A stretch of DNA of 64,000 nt. Origin: Dehalococcoidia bacterium (GTDB lineage Bacteria; Chloroflexota; Dehalococcoidia; Bin125). Shown one piece after another: positions 37,579-48,539 of the stretch. Below the pieces are notes generated by a model. It ran no database searches, had not been told where the DNA came from, and was given only the letters and a program-made list of their open reading frames with translations. The stretch covers positions 1,440,001 through 1,504,000 of the forward strand of contig OY820591.1 in NCBI GenBank assembly GCA_963555985.3, read 5' to 3'. How positions within the stretch are numbered: position 1 is the first letter of the stretch; each line of letters starts with the position of its first letter. Made by a program: the position numbers and the translations under genes.

Positions 37579-39116
37579 CCCTGCTCCACTGGGAATCGGC
37601 GGCCGCGGGCAGACAGGGCCCAGGCGCGGCGGGGCCGGCCTCGCGCTTGCGATGTCTCGGAGCGTTCGCCCTGGGTGTGGAAGAAGAGCGCGGACGCCAG
37701 AATCGCTTCATGCTCGGCGTCCGGGCGGCCGTTGGGGTCAAGAATTTCGTTCTCCTCAACGTAGAGGGTGTGGATGTCGCCGGCGAGGAAGCGCTCGTCG
37801 CTGAGCAGCGCCTCGTGGAAGGGGATGGAGGTGCTGACACCGAGCACGAGGCATTCTCCGAGTGCGCGCCGCATTCGGCGGATGCACTGATCGCGGGTCT
37901 CGCCCCAACTGATCAACTTGCCGATCAGCGAGTCGTAGTGGGGGCTGACCCCGACTCCGCGGGCGAGCATCGAGTCTAGCCGCACGCCGGGTCCGCCGGC
38001 TTCGCGGAACCAAGCGATCGGGCCGACAGACGGAGTGAAGTTGCGATAAGGGTCTTCCGCCGTGATTCGGCACTCCATCGCCCAGCCGCGGATCGGGCGT
38101 TGAGCAGAGGTATATGCGAGCGGGAATCCGCCCGCGATCCGGAGCTGGTCTTCAACCAGATCGACGCCGCGCACGAGTTCCGTTACTGGGTGTTCGACCT
38201 GCAAGCGCGTGTTCATCTCGAGGAAGGCGAAGTCGTGGCCGTCCGGCTTGGTCTCGTCTTTCCAGACGAGGAATTCGACTGTCCCGGTGCTGGTGTAATC
38301 GCAGGCTTGGGCGGCCGCCGTGGCGGCGTCCTCCATGCGCTGGCGCAAGCGCGGCGACATGCCGGGCGCAGGCGCCTCTTCAACCAGTTTCTGGCGGCGG
38401 CGCTGAGCGGAACAGTCGCGCTCGCCGAGCGTGACGACCTTACCTCGCATGTCGGCGACGACCTGGATTTCGATGTGGCGGGCGGGGCGGATCAGCTTCT
38501 CGACGAAGAGCGAGCCGTCTCCGAAGGCGGTGATTGCTTCCTCCTGGGCCTGAGCGACGGCGCGCTCGATTTCGTCGCCGGATTCGACGATGCGAATACC
38601 GCGGCCCCCGCCGCCGGCGGCGGCTTTGATCACGATCGGATAGCCAATCTGATCGGCGGTGGCTCTGGCTTCGCGCAGATCGCTGAGCGGATCGATAGCA
38701 CCCGGGATGATCGGTACACCCGCGCGGTGCATGGTACGGCGCGACTCGATCTTGTCTCCCATCAGCTCGATCGCTTCGGGCGATGGTCCGACGAACGTGA
38801 TCCCGGCGTCGCGGCAGGCGCGGGCGAAGGTTGCGTTCTCGGAGAGGAAGCCGTAGCCGGGATGGATGGCGTTGGCTCCGGTCGCTCTGGCGGCATTGAG
38901 CACGGCGTCGATGGAGAGGTAGCTGTCGGCGGGCGCGTCGCCGCCGATGCGGATCGATTTGTCGGCCATACGGACATGACGTGCATTGCGATCGGCGTCG
39001 GAATAGACGGCGACCGTGCGAATGCCGAGGTCGCGCGCACCGCGAATGAGGCGGACAGCGATTTCGCCGCGATTGGCAATGAGCAGCGTGTCGAAGGGTC
39101 GCTGGTAGTCGCTCAT
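37557..39116 (-). CDS. accC: Biotin carboxylase subunit of an acyl-CoA carboxylase
   Basis: LIANRGEIA.R, IHPGYGFLSENA, KAAAGGGGRG, RDCS.QRR.QK.VEEAP, FLEMNTRLQVEHPVTE, YDSLI.K. Confidence 0.92.
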   Translation of the reverse strand: MSDYQRPFDTLLIANRGEIAVRLIRGARDLGIRTVAVYSDADRNARHVRMADKSIRIGGDAPADSYLSIDAVLNAARATGANAIHPGYGFLSENATFARACRDAGITFVGPSPEAIELMGDKIESRRTMHRAGVPIIPGAIDPLSDLREARATADQIGYPIVIKAAAGGGGRGIRIVESGDEIERAVAQAQEEAITAFGDGSLFVEKLIRPARHIEIQVVADMRGKVVTLGERDCSAQRRRQKLVEEAPAPGMSPRLRQRMEDAATAAAQACDYTSTGTVEFLVWKDETKPDGHDFAFLEMNTRLQVEHPVTELVRGVDLVEDQLRIAGGFPLAYTSAQRPIRGWAMECRITAEDPYRNFTPSVGPIAWFREAGGPGVRLDSMLARGVGVSPHYDSLIGKLISWGETRDQCIRRMRRALGECLVLGVSTSIPFHEALLSDERFLAGDIHTLYVEENEILDPNGRPDAEHEAILASALFFHTQGERSETSQARGRPRRAWALSARGRRFPVEQGWRRTTG

Positions 39117-39289
39117 CCGCCGCTCTCTGACTCAGCAGTCCAGGTGGCGCCGCGTCCATGACGCAGCCAACGGATCATACCCGCCGACAGGGTAGGGAGA
39201 TAGGAAGCGACGGTCACTCGCGGCGCAGACACGGCCCTGTTCACGTTCAGTGCGCTCGTAGGTGCGGCGGAAGCTGACAGTGCGTTCGC

Positions 39290-39500
39290 TTTTACTTCGG
39301 CGGGGTGCGAGGGACGAAAAAAATCTCCCACGGCGGATGAGGAAAAAAGAGCGGCGTTCAGGGAGAAATTTTTTCTGGCGGAGCAGATTGCTGATCTCCT
39401 GTGTTGGCTGGGCTCAACGCTGTTCAGGGTGTTTAGGTTTGTTCAGATGCGACCGGAGAGGGGGGAGGCAAACAAGCTCGTTACCCAAACCGCTGTTCTG
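39290..39500 (-). repeat. Possible diverged copy D of the LexA-box-headed intergenic element
   Basis: Minus strand CAGAACAGCGGTTT-GGG-TAACGA, then CTGAACAAACCTAAACACCCTGAACA and A/T tracts; weaker similarity than copies A-C. Confidence 0.35.
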
Positions 39501-39682
39501 TTCAGAGTAGACGGTCTGAGCGTCCGGACGGGTGGACGCCAGCGGTTGGATGTGGCGTGGGCGACAGTGGGCGGTCGAGTTCCAAGTTCGGAGACTGTGC
39601 CGGCCTCCCTCTGTCACTCCGTGGCATCGCCCCCCGCACCGCGGGGGAGGAGGGTGAGCGTATCGACCTTTTCAGCGCCCTA

Positions 39683-41509
39683 CTAAACGGGGAGGTGGGC
39701 TCGGGTGCGGCGCTGTTGACTGAGTTGCTCGCGCAATTCAGGCAGTGGGATTGCGCCGAGGTCCTCGCCGTTGCGGACGCGGACGGCGGCGGCTCGAGCT
39801 TCGACCTCGCGATCGCCGATCACGAGCAGGTAGGGGATTTTTCGCCGCTGTCCGTTGCGAATCTTGGCCTGCATCCGTTCGTTGCCGTCGTCGACATCAA
39901 CGCGCAATCCAGCAGAGCGGAGGTCAGCCGCCAGCTCGTGCGCCCAGGGCGCGTGACGATCGGCGATGGGGATGCAGCGAGCCTGGACGGGCGCGAGCCA
40001 AAGCGGGAACGCGCCGGCGTAGTGCTCGATCAGGATGCCCAGGAAACGTTCGAAGGAGCCGTGGATCGCGCGATGGATCACGACGGGGGTGCGCCGCTCG
40101 CCGTCTTCGGCGACGTAGACACAGCCGAGGCGGGCGGGCTGGATCATGTCGATCTGAATGGTGGAGAGTTGCCATTCTCGGCCCATCACGTCGGAGACGA
40201 AGAGATCGGCTTTGGGACCGTAGAAGGCGGCTTCGCCGAGTTGCTCAACATAATCGATACCGGCGGCGTCAAGCGCGTCTCGCAGGGCGGCGACGGCGCT
40301 GGCCCAAGCTTCGGGATCCTCCACATACTTGCCCGACTCGCCCGGGAGTGAGAGCTCGTAGCGGAAGTTGGGCATGCCGTAGGTGCGGAACAGGGTTTGC
40401 ACCAACTCGAGCACCCTGGCGACCTCGGCGGAGATCTGATCGGGGGTGACGAAGATGTGGCAGTCGTCCTGGGTGAGAGAGCGGACTCGGGTCAGTCCAG
40501 AGAGTTGACCGGATTTTTCGTAGCGGTAGAGGGTCGCGTATTCGGCGTAGCGCAGGGGCAGTTCCCGATACGAGTGCAGCGCCGTGTTGTAGAGCGTCAT
40601 GTGGACGGGGCAGTTCATCGGTTTGAGGAAGTAGCTCGCCTCGTCGCCTGCTCCGGCGTCGCTGTCGCGCATGGCCGGATACATGACATCGGCGTAGTTT
40701 TCGAGGTGACCGGAGCGGCGGAAGAGGTCGCCGCGGGCAAGGTGGCCAGTCCAGACTTCCTTGTATCCGCGTTCGTCCTGAAGTTCGCGGATCAGACGCT
40801 CCATCTCCTGGCGGATGATTGCACCGTCGGGGAGCAGCAGCGGGATGCCGGCGCCGATGTCTTCGGAGAAGGTGAAGAGGTCGAGTTCGCGGCCGAGGCG
40901 CCGGTGATCGCGGCGTTGGGCTTCTTCGATCCGCGCGAAGTGGGCGTCGAGTTCTTCGCGGGTAGCGAAGAGTGCCCCGTAGACGCGCTGCAACTGGGGG
41001 CGGGTCTCGTCGCCGCGCCAGTAGGCGCCGGCCACGTTGGTGAGGCGGAAGGGGCCGATCTGTCTCGTCGATTCGACGTGTCCGCCCCGGCAGAGGTCGG
41101 TGAATTCGGCGTGAGTGCAGAGACCGACGTGATCGGAGTCTTGGCTGAACTGATCGATCAGTTCGAGTTTGTAGGGCTGTTCGGCGAAGCGCTCGCGAGC
41201 TTCACCGACGGGAATTTCGTCCCAGACGAAACGGTGATTGCGGCGCATCTCTTTGCGCATCCGCTTCTGGATCTCCGTGAGATCTTCGGGAGTGAGGGGG
41301 CGGGGGAGGTCGAAGTCGTAGTAGAAACCGGTGTCGATCGGCGGGCCGATCGCGATTTTGCCGTCAGGGAAGAGTTGCAGAACGACTTGAGCGAGCACGT
41401 GCGCAGCGGAATGCCGCATTCGTTGCAGCCACTCGGCCTCGTCCACATCGTCGCGGCCTGTGACGGCGGCGGCCGACGCGAGCGCGTCGTCAGAGAGCTG
41501 GTCTGTCAT
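39683..41509 (-). CDS. thrS: Threonine--tRNA ligase (no N-terminal TGS domain)
   Basis: RHSAAHVLA, GPPI..GFYYDF, DLCRG.H, GAYWRG, RDHRRLG, LKPMNCP.H, GLTRVR, AAFYGPK, HRAI.GS.ERF. Start moved to ATG 41509 because the longer ORF overlaps tRNA-Val. Confidence 0.97.
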   Translation of the reverse strand: MTDQLSDDALASAAAVTGRDDVDEAEWLQRMRHSAAHVLAQVVLQLFPDGKIAIGPPIDTGFYYDFDLPRPLTPEDLTEIQKRMRKEMRRNHRFVWDEIPVGEARERFAEQPYKLELIDQFSQDSDHVGLCTHAEFTDLCRGGHVESTRQIGPFRLTNVAGAYWRGDETRPQLQRVYGALFATREELDAHFARIEEAQRRDHRRLGRELDLFTFSEDIGAGIPLLLPDGAIIRQEMERLIRELQDERGYKEVWTGHLARGDLFRRSGHLENYADVMYPAMRDSDAGAGDEASYFLKPMNCPVHMTLYNTALHSYRELPLRYAEYATLYRYEKSGQLSGLTRVRSLTQDDCHIFVTPDQISAEVARVLELVQTLFRTYGMPNFRYELSLPGESGKYVEDPEAWASAVAALRDALDAAGIDYVEQLGEAAFYGPKADLFVSDVMGREWQLSTIQIDMIQPARLGCVYVAEDGERRTPVVIHRAIHGSFERFLGILIEHYAGAFPLWLAPVQARCIPIADRHAPWAHELAADLRSAGLRVDVDDGNERMQAKIRNGQRRKIPYLLVIGDREVEARAAAVRVRNGEDLGAIPLPELREQLSQQRRTRAHLPV

Positions 41510-41551
41510 GCCTGATTCCTGGGCGTGGGGGAGCATCTGAGGGGGTTGGCG

Positions 41552-41628
41552 TGGTGGGCGATACTGGATTTGAACCAGTGACCTCTGCGATGTCAACGCA
41601 GCGCTCTAGCCAACTGAGCTAACCGCCC
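41552..41628 (-). tRNA. tRNA-Val(GAC)
   Basis: GGGCGGTTAGCTCAGTTGGCTAGAGCG-CTGCG-TT-GAC-AT-CGCAG-AGGTCACTGGTTCAAATCCAGT-ATCGCCCACCA. Confidence 0.97.
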
Positions 41629-41827
41629 GCGACCGGCCGGCGGTCGAACAGCGATATCGACGATAGAACGGCGACATCGGCATGGCTGACCCTTCCCGCC
41701 CGAAATCGTGAGATGAGCGCGCTTCACTCGATCACGCTCCGCCCAACTGGCGGCGCACAGCGGCGATGCGCAAGCTTCAGGCTAACGGATGGGATTGTCG
41801 GTAATGGCCGTTGGGATTGTTAACCCG

Positions 41828-41856
41828 TTGACGCGCCGATGTGCGTTGGGTAGCTT
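41828..41856 (+). promoter_or_regulatory. Sigma70-type promoter upstream of tRNA-Lys/tRNA-Leu
   Basis: TTGACG-17 nt-TAGCTT. Confidence 0.6.
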
Positions 41857-42039
41857 TCGGTGAATACCGACACCCGTCGTGTACGGGCGCACTGCGCGCG
41901 ACGGGTTGAGTTTGGAGAGAGCAGCTTGAGCGGATCGGCTACTCGGTTGATTGCCTCGTCTCCCGCTGCGGAATCCCGGGTGCCGGCACCTGCGTGCGGG
42001 CGTGTAGGCTTGATCTGTGCGGCGACGCGCTCGACACGG

Positions 42040-42115
<76 letters not shown>

Positions 42116-42162
42116 GCTACCCGCGCAGCGATCGTCGCGTCGTAGAAGATCGCCGTCGCAGC

Positions 42163-42247
42163 GGGGAAGTGTCGGAACTGGTAGACGAGCATGACTTAGA
42201 ATCATGTGCCGCAAGGCGTAGGAGTTCGAGTCTCCTCTTCCCCACCA
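42163..42247 (+). tRNA. tRNA-Leu(TAG)
   Basis: GGGGAAG acceptor stem, CATGA-CT-TAG-AA-TCATG anticodon arm, long variable arm GCCGCAAGGC, GTTCGAGT, CTTCCCCACCA. Confidence 0.97.
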
Positions 42248-42308
42248 CAACCGGAACGCGGCTGGGCCGATTGAGCGCCCCGACTGCGAGGAGCAAAGGA
42301 GTCAGGCG

Positions 42309-43353
42309 ATGGCTGATCCGCTGCTGAGCGTCCAGAATCTCTCGACCAGTTTCTTCACTTCCGAAGGAGTGGTGCGGGCGGTCAACGACGTCTCCTATGA
42401 CCTGATGCCTGGGCAGACGCTGGGACTGGTCGGCGAGTCTGGTTCCGGCAAGAGCGTTTCGGCGCTTTCGTTGTTGCGCCTGATTCCCAATCCTCCCGGG
42501 AAGATCGTCAACGGCGAAGTCTGGTTCGATGGCGAAGAGTTGATGAGCGTCGACGATGGCCGGATGCGCGAGATTCGCGGCAACGACATCGCGATGGTCT
42601 TCCAGGAGCCGATGACCTCGCTGAATCCGGTCTTGACGATCGGTCGCCAGCTGACCGAGGCGATCGAGCTGCACATGGGTCTCAACCGCTCGCAGGCGAA
42701 TGAACGCGCGATCGAGCTGCTCAACATGGTCGGGATTCCGGCTGCCGAGCAGCGCCTGTTCGACTTCCCGCATCAGTTCTCGGGCGGTATGCGTCAGCGC
42801 GTGATGATCGCGATGGCGCTTTCCTGCGATCCGAAGCTGCTGCTCGCGGACGAGCCGACGACCGCGCTGGACGTGACGATTCAGGCGCAGGTGCTCGAGG
42901 TGATGGCGCGCTTGAGCCGCGAGCTTGGAACCGCCGTGATCGTGATTACCCACAACCTGGGTGTGGTCGCGCGCTACGCCGACCGCGTGAACGTGATGTA
43001 CGGCGGCCGGATCGTGGAATCCGGCGAGGCGGGTGAGATTTACGCGCGCCCCAAGCACGCCTATACGCTCGGCTTGCTTGAGTCGGTGCCGCGACTTGAC
43101 GCCCGGACCGGTCGGCTGATCCCGATTGAAGGAACGCCGCCCGACCTGACGAACCTGCCGGACGGTTGTTCCTTCGCGCCGCGCTGTCGCTTTGCGACCG
43201 ATCAGTGCATGGAGGAGCGCCCGGAGCTGCAGGAGTACGCCCCCGGACACCTGGTGGCCTGCTGGCACTCGGAAGAGGTCGCCGACGAGGCCGACCGCAT
43301 TCTCGCCAGCGCGCACACCGAAGAACTGGTGCAACAAGAAGAGGAGACGGCCA

Positions 43354-43361
<8 letters not shown>
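42309..43361 (+). CDS. Oligopeptide/dipeptide ABC transporter ATP-binding protein (OppD/DppD-like)
   Basis: [54 protein letters not shown]. Confidence 0.95.
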
Positions 43362-44622
<1,261 letters not shown>

Positions 44623-44657
44623 GGCCTACGGCGCGGTGAGCGCAGTCCGAGCAGAAA

Positions 44658-44687
44658 GGGCGGGACCTCCGGGTCCCGCTCTTCGTT
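44658..44687 (+). terminator. Rho-independent terminator after the oppF-like gene
   Basis: GGGCGGGACC-TCCG-GGTCCCGCTC followed by TTCGTTT. Confidence 0.7.
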
Positions 44688-44729
44688 TGCGCCGGAACCC
44701 GGCTCTGTCGGTGATACGATCAAGCTCGC

Positions 44730-46635
44730 ATGACCCCTTCCCAGATCCGCAACTTCTGCATCGTTGCGCATATCGACCACGGCAAGTCGACGCTGTCCGA
44801 TCGGCTCTTGGAGGCGACGGCGACGGTCGATCCACGCAACATGTCCGCTCAGCTGCTCGATTCAATGGCGCTGGAGCGCGAGAAGGGGATCACGATCAAA
44901 GCCCGCGCGGTGCGCATGGACTACCGAGCGCAATCGGGTGAGCGGTTTCGGCTGCACCTGATTGACACGCCCGGTCACGTCGACTTCTCGTATGAGGTGT
45001 CGCGCAGCCTGGCGGCAGCAGAGGGCGCACTGTTGGTCGTGGACGCAGCCGAGGGAATTCAGGCTCAGACGCTTGCGAACGTCTACCTGGCGCTTGAGCA
45101 GGATCTGACCCTGATCCCGGTCGTGAACAAGATCGACCTGGACGTAGCCCGCCCGGAGGCAGTTGCGGCCGAGTTGGTTGATGTGGTCGGATTTTCGCGG
45201 GACGAGATTCTGTACGTCTCGGCTAAGACGGGCGAGGGGATCGACTCACTGCTCGAGGCGATCGTGGAGCGGATCCCGTCGCCTGAGGGCCACGCCGCAG
45301 AGCCGCTGCGGGCGCTGATCTTCGACTCCGAATACGACCCGTACAAGGGCGTGATCGCGCACGTGCGGGTCGTGGACGGCGAAGTGAAGGGGCAGACGCC
45401 GCTGCGCCTGAGCGCGACCAACCGTCGCTTCGAGGCGATGGAGGTAGGCAGTTTCTCGCCCGAACTGCGGCGTCTTGATTCCCTGGCTTCGGGTGATGTC
45501 GGGTATGTCGCAACGGGGCTGAAAGATGTTTCGGACGTTCGCGTCGGGGACACGATGACCGATGGCGGACGTCGCTCGCCGCCCCCGCTTGCGGGCTATC
45601 GGGAGCCGAAAGCGATGGTGTTCGCGGGTCTCTATCCGGCGAACTCGGCCGATTACCAGGAGCTGACCGACGCGCTCGACAAGCTACGGCTGTCCGATTC
45701 TTCGATCCTCTATCAGCCAGAGTCATCCGCTGCGCTCGGTTTCGGCTACCGAATGGGGTTCCTCGGCCTGCTGCACATGGAGATCGTCCAGGAACGACTG
45801 GAGCGGGAGTACGGTCTGGAGCTCGTCTTCACAGCTCCGTCGGTCGAATACGAAGTGGAAGGCGTTGACGGGGTAGTGCGGCTGATTGAGAACCCCTCCG
45901 ACCTGCCAGCCCCAAATCACGTATCGGAGATTCGTGAGCCATGGGTGCGGATCTCGGTGATCGCGCCGCATACCTACGTCGGTCCGGTGATGGAGCTGGT
46001 GACGGGTCGTCGCGGAGTCTTCGAGCGGATGGAGTACCTCCAGCGCAGCGGACAGACGGTGGAGGCGAACGGCAGCAACGGCGCCGCGCCCAGCGCCGAA
46101 CAGGTCCGGGTGCTGCTCGAGTATTCGTTGCCGCTGTCGGAGATCCTGACCGACTTCTACGACGAGCTGAAATCTCGCACGCACGGATACGCGAGTCTCG
46201 ACTACACGCTGAGCGGGTATCAGCCGGCCAAGCTGGTCAAGCTCGATCTGTTGATCAACGGGGAACCGGTCGATGCGCTCTCGGCGATTGTTCATTCGGA
46301 ACGAGCGGCGGTTCAGGGCCGAGAATTGGCAGACAAGTTGCGCCGGTTGATCCCGCGCCAGCTGTTCGACGTGCCGATTCAGGCGGTGGTTGGAGGGCGC
46401 GTGATTGCGCGCGAAACCGTCCGCGCGATGCGCAAGAACGTCACTGCCAAGTGCTACGGCGGCGATATCACGCGCAAGCGCCAACGTCACTGCCAAGTGC
46501 TACGGCGGCGATATCACGCGCAAGCGGAAACTGCTCGCTCGGCAAGCGGAAGGGAAGAAGCGGCTCAAGCGCGTCGGCAACGTCGAGATTCCGCAGGAGG
46601 CGTTCCTGGCAGTGTTGCAGATTGGACGGGAGTAG
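44730..46635 (+). CDS. lepA: Translation factor LepA (EF-4), frameshifted near its 3' end by a 46-bp insertion
   Basis: [48 protein letters not shown]. The native C-terminus [30 protein letters not shown] is in another frame, ending at 46635. Confidence 0.93.
46437..46526 (+). repeat. Perfect 44-bp direct repeat separated by CC
   Basis: AACGTCACTGCCAAGTGCTACGGCGGCGATATCACGCGCAAGCG at 46437-46480 and 46483-46526. Confidence 0.95.
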
Positions 46636-46655
46636 CGGCGCGCGACCGAGTGGTA

Positions 46656-48035
46656 TCAAGCGTGTGCGGTCGCGCCATTCGCTCCGGCCGCCGCCGGTTC
46701 GGCTTCCTCGGTCTCGTCAACTTCCTCTTCTTCAGGCACGATTTCGAGCACGCCGGCGGTGTTGGCAATTGACTGCCGCAGCTCCGCCAGCGCCTCCGGA
46801 TCATCGGACTCTTCGAGCGCGAAGCTGACCAACTCGAATAAGGCCTCAACCGGGATCAGCGTGTAGCCGTAGGTCTCGCAGGCGTTGATCAAGGTCTGGG
46901 GAATCGCCTGGCGGCGGAGCTTGGGTTCGGTCTGACGCTGCCCGTTTGCGACGATGATGCCCTTCGGGCGCACCCGCCGGCTCAGGTAGCGCTCTTCGAT
47001 TCGTTGTTGGAGCGTGAGATACACGCGGTCACTGACCGCGCTGGATGAGCTAGCAATTTCGAGCAACGCCGTGTCGGAGCCGTCGCGGAGTTCGATTGGG
47101 CCGTCAGTGGCAGGCACGGTATAGCCGAGTACGCGGAACGCCTCGCGGACGGTTTCCTCAAACAGGCGATCGCTGCGCCAGAGCAGCGACTGAAAGCGGA
47201 TCGTGTCGTCAAGCAACGCGCGCGCTTCCGTGACGCGGCGCTGCGCCTCGGTCAGGGCGGCATTCGCTTCCGTGAGCCGCTGGCGGGCGTCGGCTGCTTC
47301 GGGTCCGTCAAAGCGCGACACCCAGTGCGGGGCGTTGCCGCTCGCTTCAGCGTGGGACATTCGCTCAATCAGCTCCAACAGCGCTGCGGTAAACGTCTTG
47401 CGCTGGGAGGTGGAGAGCTGATCGTTGGGGGCGGGAAGCGCGATGATCCGCCCGGCTGCGACGGGGAATTCTGCCGCGAGCGCGGCCCCGCCGATGCTGC
47501 GTCCGACAATCTGCGCGCCTTGATCGGGCCGCAGATCGAGGATCGCCCGATAGCGCAGGCGTCCCGCCAGATCATCCAGATATCCGGCAACCGGATGCTG
47601 GGGAATGGTCGCGCGCACATCGCGGCCGTCAGCCGGACGCAGCCGAGGCCAATGGAAAGGATCGCCTTCGGGCGCCGGCAGCAGCGCATAGCGATCCAAA
47701 CCCGGGAAGGAAGGCACGTTGGGATGGCGCACGTTGGGATGGAGGAAGAGCACGATCAGGCCGCCGTGCTCAACGAGTTGCAGCAGTTCGAGCCGGCGCT
47801 GCTCAAGCAGTTCTCCAAGGCCGAAATGGAATGCGCCCGACTCGCCTGCTGCGACCGCGCGTCCGTCCGGTGCGCGGAGATTGAGCGTGCCTTCAGCCAG
47901 GCCGTCAATCTGCTCGGAGACGGCGCGCGGGTCGATGATGCAGGCGTCGTAATCGAAGATCGAGGGCGCATTCGCGATCGAATGATTATCGACCTGCGGA
48001 TTGGGAATGGGGCAGCCGATCGAGATGATGCGCAT
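46656..48035 (-). CDS. Hypothetical protein: coiled coil plus possible degenerate PD-(D/E)XK-like C-terminal domain
   Basis: Long ORF with likely start MRIISIG at 48035; heptad segment ARQRLTEANAALTEAQRRVTEARALL; FEE.V.EAF..LGY and KGIIVANG motifs. Confidence 0.7.
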   Translation of the reverse strand: MRIISIGCPIPNPQVDNHSIANAPSIFDYDACIIDPRAVSEQIDGLAEGTLNLRAPDGRAVAAGESGAFHFGLGELLEQRRLELLQLVEHGGLIVLFLHPNVRHPNVPSFPGLDRYALLPAPEGDPFHWPRLRPADGRDVRATIPQHPVAGYLDDLAGRLRYRAILDLRPDQGAQIVGRSIGGAALAAEFPVAAGRIIALPAPNDQLSTSQRKTFTAALLELIERMSHAEASGNAPHWVSRFDGPEAADARQRLTEANAALTEAQRRVTEARALLDDTIRFQSLLWRSDRLFEETVREAFRVLGYTVPATDGPIELRDGSDTALLEIASSSSAVSDRVYLTLQQRIEERYLSRRVRPKGIIVANGQRQTEPKLRRQAIPQTLINACETYGYTLIPVEALFELVSFALEESDDPEALAELRQSIANTAGVLEIVPEEEEVDETEEAEPAAAGANGATAHA

Positions 48036-48182
48036 ACGGCTGCTCGCCTTCGTTCTGCTTGGGATGTTGCGCGCCGACACCGGATCGCCGCGCTTTGCCC
48101 TGGGAGCTTGGAGTCGAGTCTATGAGCACCCCGAAGCGGCGGCAATTCTCGGAGATCGTCGTTTGTCTGGTCGGGAGGCGCA

Positions 48183-48212
48183 TTGACGGAGCGAATTGGC
48201 GCGGACTAGGCT
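48183..48212 (+). promoter_or_regulatory. Sigma70-type promoter for SRP RNA
   Basis: TTGACG-18 nt-TAGGCT ending about 7 nt before the RNA 5' end. Confidence 0.7.
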
Positions 48213-48218
48213 TGCGGT

Positions 48219-48486
48219 GGCCGTGCTAGATGGGGAGCTAGCGGTGCCCTGTACCCGCAATCCGCTCTAGCGGGGTTGAATTCCTGCGCTGAGGCCGTAA
48301 CGCATGAGGTCTACCGACGCCAAGCAGTGATGAAGTCTGGGTCCCGCGCGGCGTAGCGCCGTGAACCCCGTCAGGTCCGAGAGGAAGCAGCGGTAAGCGG
48401 TCAGTTGCGGGTGACGCGGGAGTGCCTGGGCGGAGCCGGCTAGCGGAGGCAAGCTCATGGCGGCGTTCGACGGCAGGTGCACGGCC
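48219..48486 (+). ncRNA. ffs: Signal recognition particle RNA, large (Alu-domain) bacterial type
   Basis: Closing stem GGCCGTGC...GCACGGCC; Alu-like GGGGAGCTAGCGGTGCCCTGTACCCGCAATCCGC; domain IV GTCAGGTCCGAGAGGAAGCAGC. Confidence 0.93.
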
Positions 48487-48539
48487 GCAGCTCTACACAA
48501 CATCCCGGTGCGGAGAGGGCGTCTCCGCGTGGTCGCACC

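Noticed and set aside
46437-46526. Direct repeat as a CRISPR array or DGR template/variable pair
   Set aside because: Only two identical copies with a 2-nt spacer, inside lepA; no cas or reverse transcriptase gene in the window.
48370-48392. GAGA instead of GGAA tetraloop in SRP RNA domain IV
   Set aside because: It still fits the GNRA consensus, so it is an ordinary variant.
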